A DNA stretch of 49,849 bases from Eubacteriales bacterium (GCA_045646465.1 JAZRKT010000048.1:1-49849), one strand, 5' to 3'; positions 1 to 10,544 are shown, counted from the stretch's first letter. Numbers and translations are program-made. The notes: generated by a model from the sequence alone, not told the origin.

Positions 1-1
1 C

Positions 2-445
2 TATGAAAGATATCTTGAAGGATTCAAAGATCTTCCGGTTAAGATGAATCCGATTGCTGACGAAACTGAGCCGAATTATTGGCTTTCTGCAATGATTATC
101 GATAAAGAATATATGTGTCCGCAGGTCAGGGATGATTCAAAGGCACTCTATGTCAAAGAAAAAGGTAAGACTTGTCCGACGGAGATTCTCGAAAAACTTG
201 CAAGCTATAACGCTGAAGGCAGACCTATCTGGAAGCCGATGCATATGCAGCCTATCTTCCGCATGAATCCTTTTGTTACAAAAAGCGGCAACGGACGAGG
301 CAGAACAAACGCTTACATAGCTGGCGGTGCCGAGGACGTAGGTGCGGACATATTTGCAAGAGGCTTGTGCCTGCCAAGCGATAACAAGATGACTGCAGAG
401 CAGCAGGATAAAATTATTGAGATTATAAAAAATTGCTTCAGATAA
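2..445 (+). CDS. DegT/DnrJ/EryC1/StrS family sugar aminotransferase, C-terminal part (5' end outside window)
   Basis: Frame is open from base 2 (YERYLEGFKDLPVKMNP...). C-terminal motifs EGRPIWKPMHMQP and RGLCLPS are typical of this family. Confidence 0.85.
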   Translation, partial: YERYLEGFKDLPVKMNPIADETEPNYWLSAMIIDKEYMCPQVRDDSKALYVKEKGKTCPTEILEKLASYNAEGRPIWKPMHMQPIFRMNPFVTKSGNGRGRTNAYIAGGAEDVGADIFARGLCLPSDNKMTAEQQDKIIEIIKNCFR

Positions 446-464
446 GCAGATTAGAGGTTTTTTG

Positions 465-1142
465 ATGTACGCTTCATTCTTTAAAAGAGGCATAGACTTT
501 GTGCTCTCATTTCTTGCACTGACGGTGCTTTCCCCCATTCTTCTGATACTCATAATCTTGGGTGCTGTGATGATGAAAGGTAATCCTTTCTTTACTCAGC
601 TAAGACCCGGTAAGAATGAAAAAATATTCAAGCTTATAAAATTCCGTACCATGACGTGTGAAACAGACGAAAACGGGAAGTTACTTCCCGATGAAGTAAG
701 ACTTGTTCCTTACGGCAAGTTTTTAAGAAGTACAAGCCTTGACGAATTGCCTGAGCTTATAAATATTCTCAAAGGCGATATGGCGGTGGTAGGTCCAAGA
801 CCTCAGCTTGTAAGAGATATGGTGTTCATGTCAGACGAGGTAAGACGTCGCCACATGGTACGCCCCGGACTTACGGGACTTGCACAGTGCAGCGGAAGAA
901 ACAATATGAGCTGGGAGAAGAAGTTTGAATATGACCTTGAGTACATAAAGAAAATCACCTTTTTGGGTGATGTGAAGATTATATTCAAAACTGTTTTTAA
1001 GGTTCTGAAGCGTGACGGAATAACTGAGGACGGTATGGCAACGGCAATGGATTTGGGCGATTATCTGCTGTCTAAGGGTGAGGTTGAAGAACAAGAGTAT
1101 CAATTAAAGCAATCACAGGCAAAAGAGCTTATGGGGGTTTAG
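465..1142 (+). CDS. Initiating phosphoglycosyltransferase (Bac_transf, PglC/EpsL-like)
   Basis: KRGIDF, single hydrophobic helix, FKLIKFRTM, LRSTSLDELPEL, VGPRP, RPGLTGLAQ. ATG at 465 follows GAGG. Confidence 0.93.
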   Translation: MYASFFKRGIDFVLSFLALTVLSPILLILIILGAVMMKGNPFFTQLRPGKNEKIFKLIKFRTMTCETDENGKLLPDEVRLVPYGKFLRSTSLDELPELINILKGDMAVVGPRPQLVRDMVFMSDEVRRRHMVRPGLTGLAQCSGRNNMSWEKKFEYDLEYIKKITFLGDVKIIFKTVFKVLKRDGITEDGMATAMDLGDYLLSKGEVEEQEYQLKQSQAKELMGV

Positions 1143-1143
1143 T

Positions 1144-1677
1144 ATGCGTTTGCTGAAGTGGATATATGAAAAAATACATAAGAAGCCTGCACCGTATTAC
1201 TATAACTACTCACTGATTACCGTCTTTACAAAGCCTCTCAGAAAATGGCTTACAAATGTTGTTGCGGCTAACTGTCCGTTCAATGTTGTAAGAATACTCA
1301 TATACCGCTTATGCGGCTTTAAAATCGGTAAAAATACGTTTATCGGTATGAGATGTTATCTTGATGATATGTGTTACAAAAATCTGATTATCGGAAACAA
1401 TGTTACAATTTCTTACGGTGTCTATTTTACATGTCACAGTCCGTTCCAGAAAAGAGCAAATATTGTCATAAAGGACGGAGCGTATATCGGCATGAGGGCA
1501 AATATACTGAGCCGAAATTCCGACCCCGAGTTTCTTAATACAGGTGTTGTGATTGGTGAAAAATCCATTGTGGGGGCTTGTTCTTTGGTTAATAAGAATG
1601 TTCCCGAAGATGCAACTGCAGTGGGTGTGCCGTGTAGAATTATTCTTTCACATAATAAGAACAAGCATGATGACTGA
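1144..1677 (+). CDS. Left-handed beta-helix (hexapeptide) O-acetyltransferase
   Basis: Hexapeptide repeats KIGKNTFIG, IGNNVTIS, IGEKSIVGACSLVNKNVP...VGVPCR. Confidence 0.85.
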   Translation: MRLLKWIYEKIHKKPAPYYYNYSLITVFTKPLRKWLTNVVAANCPFNVVRILIYRLCGFKIGKNTFIGMRCYLDDMCYKNLIIGNNVTISYGVYFTCHSPFQKRANIVIKDGAYIGMRANILSRNSDPEFLNTGVVIGEKSIVGACSLVNKNVPEDATAVGVPCRIILSHNKNKHDD

Positions 1678-1694
1678 TAACGGAGGGGTTGCGT

Positions 1695-2456
1695 ATGGGC
1701 GAGCTTGTATCAATTATAATGCCGTCATATAACACGGCAAAATTTATATCAGATACAATAAACAGCGTTCTGACCCAGACACATACAAACTGGGAGCTTA
1801 TTATTGTTGACGACTGCTCGACAGATAACACAGATGAGGTTGTGGCGGCATTTAATGACGAAAGAATCAAGTACATAAAAAACGAAAAAAACAGCGGTGC
1901 TGCAGTGTCAAGAAACAGAGCACTGAGGGAAGCCAAGGGCAAGTGGATAGCTTTTCTTGACAGCGATGATTTGTGGGAAAATGACAAGCTTGAAAAACAG
2001 ATAAATTTCATGCTTGAAAAACAGTGCCATTTTTCTTACACAAATTATATTGAGGTTGATGAGGATTCCGTTCCCAACGGAAAAACCGTGACAGGACCTC
2101 GCAAAATCACAAGACACGGCATGTATAACTACTGCTATATGGGATGCCTTACGGTAATGTACAATGCCGAAAAGGTCGGTCTTGTACAGATTGAGGACAT
2201 AAAGAAAAATAATGACTATGCAATGTGGTTAAAGGTTTGTAGGAAAGCCGACTGCTATCTTCTTGATGAAATACTTGGAAAATACAGAATAAGAGGCGGT
2301 TCTATAAGCCGTCACGGATATACCGCACTTATAAAATGGCACTACAGGCTGTACAGGCACGCCGAAAAGAAAAATCCCGTTTCCGCATGTGTTTTAACGG
2401 TGAGAAATCTGTTTTTCGGAGTTTTGAAGAAGCTGTTTTACGTCAAGAAAAAATAA
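1695..2456 (+). CDS. Glycosyltransferase family 2 (TuaG-like)
   Basis: LVSIIMPSYN, WELIIVDDCSTD, IAFLDSDDLW. ATG at 1695 follows GGAGGGG. Confidence 0.93.
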   Translation: MGELVSIIMPSYNTAKFISDTINSVLTQTHTNWELIIVDDCSTDNTDEVVAAFNDERIKYIKNEKNSGAAVSRNRALREAKGKWIAFLDSDDLWENDKLEKQINFMLEKQCHFSYTNYIEVDEDSVPNGKTVTGPRKITRHGMYNYCYMGCLTVMYNAEKVGLVQIEDIKKNNDYAMWLKVCRKADCYLLDEILGKYRIRGGSISRHGYTALIKWHYRLYRHAEKKNPVSACVLTVRNLFFGVLKKLFYVKKK

Positions 2457-2477
2457 TTAACGGAATAAGGTGTAATT

Positions 2478-3377
2478 TTGGAAAGAGAGTCTTTTAAATA
2501 CAAGCTCAGAAGAAAGCTTCAGGCGGCGGCTGGAAGAATTTTGCCAAAGGAGTTCCTGTCGAAGGTGTATTTTAAAATTGTTTTGGGCAAAGACCTGAGT
2601 TTTAAAGATCCCAAGACCTTTAATGAAAAGCTTCAATGGTATAAGCTCTATTATTGTCCCCAAAATCCTCTTGTTGTGCAGGGTGCAGATAAGTACGCAG
2701 CGAGAGAATATGTAAAGAGCAAGGGACTTGAAGATAAGCTTGTTCCTCTTGAAGGTGTGTGGGATAAGCCGTCAGACATTGACTGGGATGTCCTTCCCGA
2801 AAAATTTGTGCTGAAATGCAATCACGGCTGTGCATACAACATAGTTTGCTCAGACAAAGCGTCTCTCGACATAAAAAGTACGAAAAAAAAACTTGCAGGC
2901 TGGCTTAAAGAGGACTTCGGCTTGTTTAATCTTGAACTTCACTACTCAAAAATCAAGAATAAAAAAATCACAGCAGAAAAGTTCCTCGGCAGTTGCATTA
3001 CCGATTACAAATTCTTCTGCTTTAACGGAAAGCCTGAGTTTGTATATGTGTCAACCGACCTTATACATGACAGACAGGCTCAGATAGGATTCTTTTACCT
3101 TGACGGAAAAAAAATGCCGTTGAAGCGTGATGATTATACCGATATAGAAAAGGTTGAGTTTCCGGCGTATTTTGAAGATATGCTGAATGATGCAAAAACT
3201 CTTTGTGGAGATTTTCCCTTTGTAAGGGTGGACTTCTTCATCACTGAAGACAGTTATTATTTTGCGGAGCTGACATTTACTCCAAGTGCCTGCATGATGC
3301 CCTTTAATCCCGATAAATATGACCTTGAATGGGGAAAAATGCTTAATTTCGACGGGTTGATTAAGAATGAAAAGTAA
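2478..3377 (+). CDS. TupA-like ATP-grasp protein (polysaccharide amino-acid ligase), copy 1
   Basis: PKTFNEKLQWYKL, ADKYAAREYV, FVLKCNHG, DYKFFCFNG, FVRVDF, FAELTFTP. Confidence 0.9.
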   Translation: MERESFKYKLRRKLQAAAGRILPKEFLSKVYFKIVLGKDLSFKDPKTFNEKLQWYKLYYCPQNPLVVQGADKYAAREYVKSKGLEDKLVPLEGVWDKPSDIDWDVLPEKFVLKCNHGCAYNIVCSDKASLDIKSTKKKLAGWLKEDFGLFNLELHYSKIKNKKITAEKFLGSCITDYKFFCFNGKPEFVYVSTDLIHDRQAQIGFFYLDGKKMPLKRDDYTDIEKVEFPAYFEDMLNDAKTLCGDFPFVRVDFFITEDSYYFAELTFTPSACMMPFNPDKYDLEWGKMLNFDGLIKNEK

Positions 3378-4416
3378 AAAAAATGTAGCAATAATCGGTC
3401 ATTTCGGCGGGAAAGAAAATATTCTTGACGGTCAGACCGTGAAAACAAAAATACTGTATGACGAGTTAAAGTCGGCATCTGATTTTAATATAATCAGAGT
3501 TGATACATATTACAAAAGCAAAAATCCTGTAAAGCTTATGCTTGACAGCGTTATGAGCCTTTTGCGTTGTAAGGACGTGATAGTGCTTTTGTCGGGTAAC
3601 GGCATGAGCTTTTACTTCCCGCTATTGTGCATTTTTGCAAAATGCTTCAAAACACGGGTGTATCACGATGTAATCGGTGGCAACCTTGACAGCTATGTAG
3701 AAAAGCAGCTAAAATTCAAAAAGTATCTGAATTCCTTCATGGTGAACTGGGTCGAAACTGCAAATATGGCTTGTTCTCTGGAAAAGCTTGGAATCAACAA
3801 CACTCAGGTTCTGCCGAATTTCAAGCGTCTTAACATTGTGTCAGATATTAAGACTGACTATGCAGAGCCTTACAGCTTTTGTATGTTTGCAAGGGTTATG
3901 AAGGAAAAGGGCGTTGAAGATGCAATAAATGCAATTCAGCAAATTAATGAAAAATACGGCCAAACCCTGTGCAGGCTTGATATATTCGGACGAATTGATG
4001 ACGGCTACAAAGAACGCTTTGAACAGGTTATGAAAAATGCCTCGGATGCAATTGCTTATAAAGGACAGGTTCCTTATGAAAAAAGCGTTGAGCATATAAA
4101 AGATTACTATGCCTTGCTGTTCCCTACCTATTGGAACGGAGAGGGGTTTCCGGGGACAATAGTTGATGCTTTTTCGGCAGGTCTTCCCGTTATTGCAACC
4201 GATTGGAACTGCAACAAAGAGCTAGTTGATAACGGTGTCAATGGAATGATTTATCCGTCTGATACGGCAAGAAGTCTTACGGATGCAGTGGAGTGGTTTG
4301 TAAGTAACTCTGATAAGGTAATTGACATGAAAAAAGAATGTGTGCAAAAAGCACATGAATTTATGCCTGATAAACATATAGAGAGAATTATCAGTTATAT
4401 CAAAAACTGCAAATAG
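3367..4416 (+). CDS. Glycosyltransferase family 4
   Basis: ARVMKEKGV, FPTYWNGEGFPGTIVDAFSAGLPVIATD (GT-B C-terminal motif). Confidence 0.9.
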   Translation: MKSKKNVAIIGHFGGKENILDGQTVKTKILYDELKSASDFNIIRVDTYYKSKNPVKLMLDSVMSLLRCKDVIVLLSGNGMSFYFPLLCIFAKCFKTRVYHDVIGGNLDSYVEKQLKFKKYLNSFMVNWVETANMACSLEKLGINNTQVLPNFKRLNIVSDIKTDYAEPYSFCMFARVMKEKGVEDAINAIQQINEKYGQTLCRLDIFGRIDDGYKERFEQVMKNASDAIAYKGQVPYEKSVEHIKDYYALLFPTYWNGEGFPGTIVDAFSAGLPVIATDWNCNKELVDNGVNGMIYPSDTARSLTDAVEWFVSNSDKVIDMKKECVQKAHEFMPDKHIERIISYIKNCK

Positions 4417-4491
4417 AACGGCGCTGTCAAAGAAATATGTACGTCAGATGAAAATGATACTCTCTCAATTATAAAACGTCGAGGTGGTTTT

Positions 4492-5031
4492 ATGTGGAAA
4501 CTCAATCACAAGATATTGTATCTTTTATACCTTATTTTTGCTGCAAATTTGCCTTACAGCAGACGCTCGGCATGGGCTAAATCTGTTCGAGGTTTTTTTG
4601 CAAAACATATTGTAAGGCATTTTGGACATGATGCAAATATAGAAAAAAATGCTTATTTTACTCCCGGCTTGTCAATCGGAGACTATTCGAGTATAGGACC
4701 GAGAAGCGAAATTTTCGGTGTTGTAACTATCGGAAACGATGTTATGATGGGACCTGATGTTGTAATTCAGACAAACAACCACAAACATGACAGAACCGAT
4801 ATACCAATGCGTTTGCAAGGGTTTGAAGAACCGAGAGAGGTTGTTATCGGTGACGATGTGTGGATTGGCCAGCGTGTGATTATTTTGCCGGGTGTTACTG
4901 TGGGCAAGGGATGCATAATTGCTGCAGGTGCGGTTGTGACAAAGGATGTGCCGGAGTACTCGGTGGTTGCAGGAGTTCCTGCAAGAGTTGTGAAATCAAG
5001 ATTGAGCGAAGGGACGGTTACGAAAGAGTGA
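4492..5031 (+). CDS. LbH O-acetyltransferase (maltose/galactoside acetyltransferase-like)
   Basis: TNNHKHD, VVIGDDVWIGQRVIILPGVTVGKGCIIAAGAVVTKDVP...GVPARV. Confidence 0.9.
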   Translation: MWKLNHKILYLLYLIFAANLPYSRRSAWAKSVRGFFAKHIVRHFGHDANIEKNAYFTPGLSIGDYSSIGPRSEIFGVVTIGNDVMMGPDVVIQTNNHKHDRTDIPMRLQGFEEPREVVIGDDVWIGQRVIILPGVTVGKGCIIAAGAVVTKDVPEYSVVAGVPARVVKSRLSEGTVTKE

Positions 5032-5927
5032 AGCTTTCAATATGTGTAGTGACCATAAACAGGGCTAAACAGCTTGGCGATGCGTTGGAAAGCTGTTTCA
5101 AGTGCAGCTTGCCTGCCGAAACAGAGTTTGTTGTTATAGATAATGCTTCAACAGATAATACAGAACAAATTGTGCATAAGGTTATGCAAAAATCAGGCTA
5201 CAGCTACTATTATGAAAAATTGAACGAAAACCTCGGTTGCGGAAAAGGCAGAAATTATGCGTATGAAAAAGCAAGCGGTGAATATGTATATGTGCTTGAC
5301 GATGATGCGGTAATTGATTATGAAAAACAGCCCGATTTTTTTGGAAAAGCATTGAAAATTTTGGACGGCAACAAAAAAATAATTACACTTGGCACACAGA
5401 TTTATGATACTGTATGGAAAGAAAACCGTCAGCGTATATCAGGCAGTGAAATTTCCAAGGGTGTATATAAAAGCCTTATGTTTTGCGGCGGCTCACATTT
5501 TTTAAGATGCAGCTTTTTTGAAAAAGAACCGTATTTTGCAAATCAGTACGGCTGCGAGGAGCTTCTCCCGTCATTGAGGGCGATTGATGCGGGTGGAATT
5601 AACGCTTTTTGCCCTGATTTGTTGGTGATTCACAAGCCAATTGCAGATAAGTGGGATTACAGTTGCGAAGAAAATCAGATTTATCTCATAAAGGGTATAA
5701 CTATTTTATATGCAATAAAGAAAATGATATATCCAAGAATTTTCAGTCCTGTACTGAAAGCAGCATTTAAACGCAGATGCAACATGTACCTTAAGGATTT
5801 TGTTGATTATGAGAACAAAGCACAAAAGCTGATTGATGAAACCGTGGGTGTTTTAAAAGGACATGACAGAATTAAGTTCGTTACCGTAATTAAAATGTTT
5901 AAGGATTTCGGAGTATCAATTTTTTAG
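5028..5927 (+). CDS. Glycosyltransferase family 2
   Basis: Likely start is GTG at 5028, overlapping the upstream TGA (GTGA). KLSICVVTINR, VIDNASTD, GRN, VLDDDA. Confidence 0.88.
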   Translation: MKLSICVVTINRAKQLGDALESCFKCSLPAETEFVVIDNASTDNTEQIVHKVMQKSGYSYYYEKLNENLGCGKGRNYAYEKASGEYVYVLDDDAVIDYEKQPDFFGKALKILDGNKKIITLGTQIYDTVWKENRQRISGSEISKGVYKSLMFCGGSHFLRCSFFEKEPYFANQYGCEELLPSLRAIDAGGINAFCPDLLVIHKPIADKWDYSCEENQIYLIKGITILYAIKKMIYPRIFSPVLKAAFKRRCNMYLKDFVDYENKAQKLIDETVGVLKGHDRIKFVTVIKMFKDFGVSIF

Positions 5928-6008
5928 AGTTGTTCGAAAGAGATTGAAATAACATTCATTACTTTGTTGGCATTTTGAGACGAGAACGCATATCAAAGGA
6001 GAAATAAT

Positions 6009-7112
6009 ATGGTTTTTGAAAAAACAGAAATGTGTACCGGATGTGGTCTTTGTGCATCTGTTTGTCCGGCAAAGTGTCTTGAAATAGTGCTTGATGATGA
6101 CGGATTCTATGTACCTAAGCTCATTGACACAAAAGCTTGTGTAAAGTGCGGAATATGTACAAATCTCTGCCCGCAATATATTTTGCCAAAAGAAAATAAT
6201 CCGCTTTCAATATCATCGGCTGTTACTAAGGATGATAAAACTCTTTCCACGGTATCCTCCGGTGGAGTTTGCTATGAAATTTCAAAGCTTGCTTTAGAAG
6301 AGGAAAAACGTGTTTGCGGATGCGTTTATAATTATGAAAAACACAGAGCAGAGCATAAAGTAATTGACAAAATACAAGACCTTGAAGAAACAAAGGGATC
6401 CAAATACATACAAAGCTTTACACAGGATGGTTTTTCTCAAATTTTTGATGGTAATGAATGGGTTGTATTCGGAACACCGTGCCAGATAGCAGCCATAGAT
6501 AAATATGCAAGATTCAAGCAAATCAGGGATAAATTCATTCTTGTTGACTTTTTCTGCCACGGCACACCTTCCATGGATTTGTGGAAAAAATACATCAACG
6601 AACAAGGCGGAAGAAATATTAACAAAATACACTTCCGTTCAAAAGAATTTGGTTGGCATAATTTTTCTCTTAAATTCCTCTATGCAGACGGAAGCGAAAA
6701 ATCGGATTATTTTAAAAATATGTTCTATATTTTCTTCTTCAATAATATGGTACTTACCCGTTCCTGCTATGACTGTCATTTTAAGGCTTTGAAAAGCTGC
6801 GCAGATATCAGAGTGGGAGATTATTGGGGAGAAAAGTATTCTGCAAACAATACAGGTGTTTCCTGCTGCATTGCTTTTACAGATGCAGGCGAAGAAATAG
6901 TTGAACAACTCAGGTCTGAATGTAATATCTGCGCTGAGGAAAAGAGTGATGTGCTTGAAGCACAAATGGTTTCTTCACCACCGCTGAGAAAGGAACGCAA
7001 GAAGCTGTTAAAAGAATTGAAAGGCAAAAAAACACTTAAAAAAATCTATAACACGGATATGTTTGTATACAGAGTTAAATGTAAAGTGAAGTCGATGTTG
7101 GGAGGAAAGTAA
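6009..7112 (+). CDS. Ferredoxin + FrhB/FdhB (F420 hydrogenase beta subunit-like) oxidoreductase of polysaccharide loci
   Basis: Two CxxCxxCxxxCP motifs, SSGG, GSKYIQS, GTPCQI, DFFCHGTPS, SCYDC, DIRVGDYWG. Confidence 0.88.
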   Translation: MVFEKTEMCTGCGLCASVCPAKCLEIVLDDDGFYVPKLIDTKACVKCGICTNLCPQYILPKENNPLSISSAVTKDDKTLSTVSSGGVCYEISKLALEEEKRVCGCVYNYEKHRAEHKVIDKIQDLEETKGSKYIQSFTQDGFSQIFDGNEWVVFGTPCQIAAIDKYARFKQIRDKFILVDFFCHGTPSMDLWKKYINEQGGRNINKIHFRSKEFGWHNFSLKFLYADGSEKSDYFKNMFYIFFFNNMVLTRSCYDCHFKALKSCADIRVGDYWGEKYSANNTGVSCCIAFTDAGEEIVEQLRSECNICAEEKSDVLEAQMVSSPPLRKERKKLLKELKGKKTLKKIYNTDMFVYRVKCKVKSMLGGK

Positions 7113-7115
7113 AAA

Positions 7116-8210
7116 ATGAAAATAGGTGTACTTTCCATGCAAAAGATTTTAAATTACGGTTCTTTTCTTCAGGCTTTTTCATTAAAGAAACAGTTTGAAA
7201 ACAGAGGACACGAGGTTTATTTTATAGATATCGAAGATGGAAAGCATATTGCTTCGGATGATGGAGCTGAAAAATGCGATTTATCCAAGAAATTTGACAA
7301 ATATTTTCTTAAAAGGATAGAGAATTATCTTTTATCAAAGAAAATGATGAAAATTCACATAGAAGATTATAAATCATATCTTGAAACAGACAAAAAGCTT
7401 GACAACGGTGAATGTTTCGACCTGGCTGTAATTGGAAGCGACGAAGTATTTAATTGTACTGTTCCGAGCAAGTGGGGTTTTTCCACACAGCTTTTCGGAA
7501 ATATAAAAAATGCAAAGCACATTGTTACTTATGCTGCTTCATGCGGAAGCACTGATTATGATACTGCCGACGGTTACGGAATAATAAATGAATTGCGTGA
7601 AAGCATGGGAAATTTAGAACACATATCTGTGCGGGATAAGAATACATTTGATTTCGTGGAAAGAATCACGGGATGCACTCCATGTGTAAATATTGACCCC
7701 GTGTTTTTAACTAATTTTGATGAATACATTGGCAAAGTAAATACCAAATTGCCGTATCTTCTTGTGTATGCTTACTCAAACCGTATAACAGACACAGAAG
7801 AGATAAACGCAATAAAACAGTATGCAAAAAGCAAAAATCTTGAAATTGTGTGTGTTGGTATGCAGCAGCGTTGGTGTAAAAATAACATTCCTGCAAATGC
7901 CTTTGAACTGTTAGGTTACGTTAAAAATGCGGACTGCATAGTAACAGATACATTTCATGGAACAGTTTTTTCCATAAAATACAACAAAAAGTTTGTATCA
8001 TTTGTACGCAAAAGCAATTTCAACAAACTCTACGGTCTTTTGCAAACATTCGGATTAACAAGCAGAGCAATTGATACACCGAAAAAATTGAAAGATGTAA
8101 TGGAAACACGAATTGATTTTGACGCAGTTAATGAATGTATTCACTCGGAACAGAAGAAATCATATGAATATTTAGATATGATTTGTTTGTCAGGAGCAAA
8201 AGATGAGTAA
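7116..8210 (+). CDS. Polysaccharide pyruvyl transferase family protein
   Basis: NYGSFLQA, IGSDEVFN, YAASCG, ISVRD, IDPVFL, VTDTFHGTVFSI. Confidence 0.9.
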   Translation: MKIGVLSMQKILNYGSFLQAFSLKKQFENRGHEVYFIDIEDGKHIASDDGAEKCDLSKKFDKYFLKRIENYLLSKKMMKIHIEDYKSYLETDKKLDNGECFDLAVIGSDEVFNCTVPSKWGFSTQLFGNIKNAKHIVTYAASCGSTDYDTADGYGIINELRESMGNLEHISVRDKNTFDFVERITGCTPCVNIDPVFLTNFDEYIGKVNTKLPYLLVYAYSNRITDTEEINAIKQYAKSKNLEIVCVGMQQRWCKNNIPANAFELLGYVKNADCIVTDTFHGTVFSIKYNKKFVSFVRKSNFNKLYGLLQTFGLTSRAIDTPKKLKDVMETRIDFDAVNECIHSEQKKSYEYLDMICLSGAKDE

Positions 8211-9285
8211 TATTGTTTTTATAACCAACAGTATAGGATTTGGCGGTGCGGCAAAAATGCTGTGCTTTATAGCCGAGTCTCTTTCGGAACGTGGACATAA
8301 AGTTCACATAATTAACAGAAATTCAACAACAGATGCTAACAGGAGTCAGAGAGTCTTAAACAAAGATATATCGTATCACCTGTTGGACAATTCTTCAAAA
8401 CTGCGTCAGATTACAGAAATTAAAAAGATTGCCGGCGAAGCAGGTGCTGATATAATAATTGGATTTACGGCATGGCCTAACTTTTACGCAAAAGTTGTCA
8501 GCAGCTTACTGCATATTCCTTCAATTATGAGCGAACGCGGAGATCCCGCAAGAACCACCACAAACACCTTAAAAGCAAAGTTAATTGATTTTGCGGTAAA
8601 CCGTTCCAAGGGCGGTGTGTTTCAGACTGACGGTGCCAAAGAATACTACGGTAAGGGACTTCAAAAACGAGGAATTGTTATTCCAAATCCCATTTTCGTA
8701 AAAGGTGAAATTCCGGATGTTGCTTTTGAAGTAAGAGAAAAATCCGTTGTTTCAGTAGGCAGACTTGATAATGAGCAAAAGCGTTATGATGTTATGATAG
8801 AAGCCTTCAAGCTGTTTTCTGCAAAGCATCCCGAATATGTGCTCAAGCTCTACGGCAGAGGTGAGGATGAGGAAAGAATAAAGCAGTGGGCTGTTGATGC
8901 AAGCATTGAAAATAAGGTGAAATTCATGGGTCTTACTTCTCAGCCGATGCAGGATATAGCCTGTGATGGAATGTTCCTTATAACAAGTGATTACGAGGGA
9001 ATATCCAACTCCCTTCTTGAAGCAATGGCAGTGGGGATGCCTTGTGTTTCAACCGACCACACACCCGGAGGAGCGAGACTGCTTATTACCGATCATAAAA
9101 ACGGACTGCTTGCCCCAATAGCTGACAGTGAGGCGTTGGCAAAAGCAATGTGCGAATTTGCTGAAAACCCGGTTCTTGCAAAAGAGTGCGGCGAAAAGGC
9201 AAAGGATGTGCTTAACCGCTTTGCTCCGGACAGAATTATTGATATGTGGGAAGAGTATATTGTAAAGCTTTGTACGAAAAAATAA
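8203..9285 (+). CDS. Glycosyltransferase family 4
   Basis: GGAAKM, SERGDP, VIPNP, VGRL...KRY, SDYEGISNSLLEAMAVG. Confidence 0.92.
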   Translation: MSNIVFITNSIGFGGAAKMLCFIAESLSERGHKVHIINRNSTTDANRSQRVLNKDISYHLLDNSSKLRQITEIKKIAGEAGADIIIGFTAWPNFYAKVVSSLLHIPSIMSERGDPARTTTNTLKAKLIDFAVNRSKGGVFQTDGAKEYYGKGLQKRGIVIPNPIFVKGEIPDVAFEVREKSVVSVGRLDNEQKRYDVMIEAFKLFSAKHPEYVLKLYGRGEDEERIKQWAVDASIENKVKFMGLTSQPMQDIACDGMFLITSDYEGISNSLLEAMAVGMPCVSTDHTPGGARLLITDHKNGLLAPIADSEALAKAMCEFAENPVLAKECGEKAKDVLNRFAPDRIIDMWEEYIVKLCTKK

Positions 9286-9305
9286 AGCTTTAAGGAGATT
9301 TGTTA

Positions 9306-10544
9306 ATGAATTATAAGCGTAGTGTTTTTACAATCGAGAAAATTGGATTATTGCTCTTGGGAATCTATTTGTTTTTCAGTTTCAATGCCCACGATATTGT
9401 TATTCCCACAAAATATGTCCAGCTTTCCTTGTATGCTTTGCTTGGATGGGGAGTACTGAGTGTTTTCCTTAAACGGAACGTGAAAATCAATATATATATA
9501 ATCTGGTATTTTATTTTTCTGTGTTGGTCAGTTATAACAATGATGTATTCACCCGAAACAAACATTTTCGGCGGAGAGATGCGTCTTATCATCGTCGCCT
9601 TTATAACAGCCTTTATTTTTCAGTTGTTTGTTAACGATGAGGGTGATTTCGAAAAAGTTGCATGGTTTTGTGCCATATCAGCGTTTGTTCTTGTGGCTAC
9701 TCTGCATTTCACGGGCAACCTTGTGGCTGACGCAAACAATCGCTTGGGTGGAGATATCATGGGAAACGCAAATAATTTTGCGGGCATGATTATGTATGCT
9801 GTTATGTTTGAAATATGGCTGATAGTGTATAAAAAATATGCATTACCCGTAAAAATATGTCTGTTTGCTATGATACTGGTAAATTATTATGCTCTTGTTT
9901 TGTCGGCAGGCAGAAAGTTTTTTGTATTGCCAATAATTTTTCTGTATATTTTGCTATTGTACAAGCGTGATAAAAAGGGAAGAGTTCATACAATTAAATA
10001 CACGTTGTTTATTATTGCACTTGTTGCGGTGTTGTATTATTTGTTAATGAATGTCCCTATGTTTTATGACACAATAGGGTACAGAATGGAATCCTTGATA
10101 AACGGCACACTGGGTGTTTCAGAGCATGGTTATTCCGCTGCAATACGTGAAGCAATGAGAAATCTTGCCATTGAAAAATGGATGGATAATCCAATAGTCG
10201 GTCACGGCTTTGACAGCTTTAAATATTTAGCTCGGGAAGAATTTCATCATTTCTTCTACTCACATTGTAACTACACTGAGCTTCTCTACAACGGAGGCGT
10301 AATATATTTCGTTATATATTACTGGATATATTATAAACTGATCAAGACAGTATTAGAACGAAAATATGTAGACAGCAAGTATAGAGCGTTTGCAATGGGC
10401 ATTGCGTTGAGCCTTTTGGTTTTTGATTACGGTGCAGTTACATACAGCATATCATATGTTCAATTCTTAATTGCGCTTTCTTTTGTTGTTTTGGATTTCA
10501 AAACAGATAAAGAAGATGTTTCAGTCGGAGGTAAAAATGAGTAA
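9306..10544 (+). CDS. wzy: Wzy polysaccharide polymerase / O-antigen ligase family membrane protein
   Basis: Many TM segments. RLGG...NANN, SAGRK, NPIVGHG, HCNYTELLYNGG. Located inside a GT cluster. Confidence 0.82.
   Translation: MNYKRSVFTIEKIGLLLLGIYLFFSFNAHDIVIPTKYVQLSLYALLGWGVLSVFLKRNVKINIYIIWYFIFLCWSVITMMYSPETNIFGGEMRLIIVAFITAFIFQLFVNDEGDFEKVAWFCAISAFVLVATLHFTGNLVADANNRLGGDIMGNANNFAGMIMYAVMFEIWLIVYKKYALPVKICLFAMILVNYYALVLSAGRKFFVLPIIFLYILLLYKRDKKGRVHTIKYTLFIIALVAVLYYLLMNVPMFYDTIGYRMESLINGTLGVSEHGYSAAIREAMRNLAIEKWMDNPIVGHGFDSFKYLAREEFHHFFYSHCNYTELLYNGGVIYFVIYYWIYYKLIKTVLERKYVDSKYRAFAMGIALSLLVFDYGAVTYSISYVQFLIALSFVVLDFKTDKEDVSVGGKNE

Noticed and set aside
4860-5027. N-terminal extensions in the ORF track (also at 10471, 20014, 38843, 41768, 41832)
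   Set aside because: They overlap upstream genes or promoters. Downstream starts with an RBS match the family N-termini better.
6009-7112. Methanogen-type F420 hydrogenase
   Set aside because: No hydrogenase subunits are nearby. The context is a polysaccharide locus, where this domain is common.
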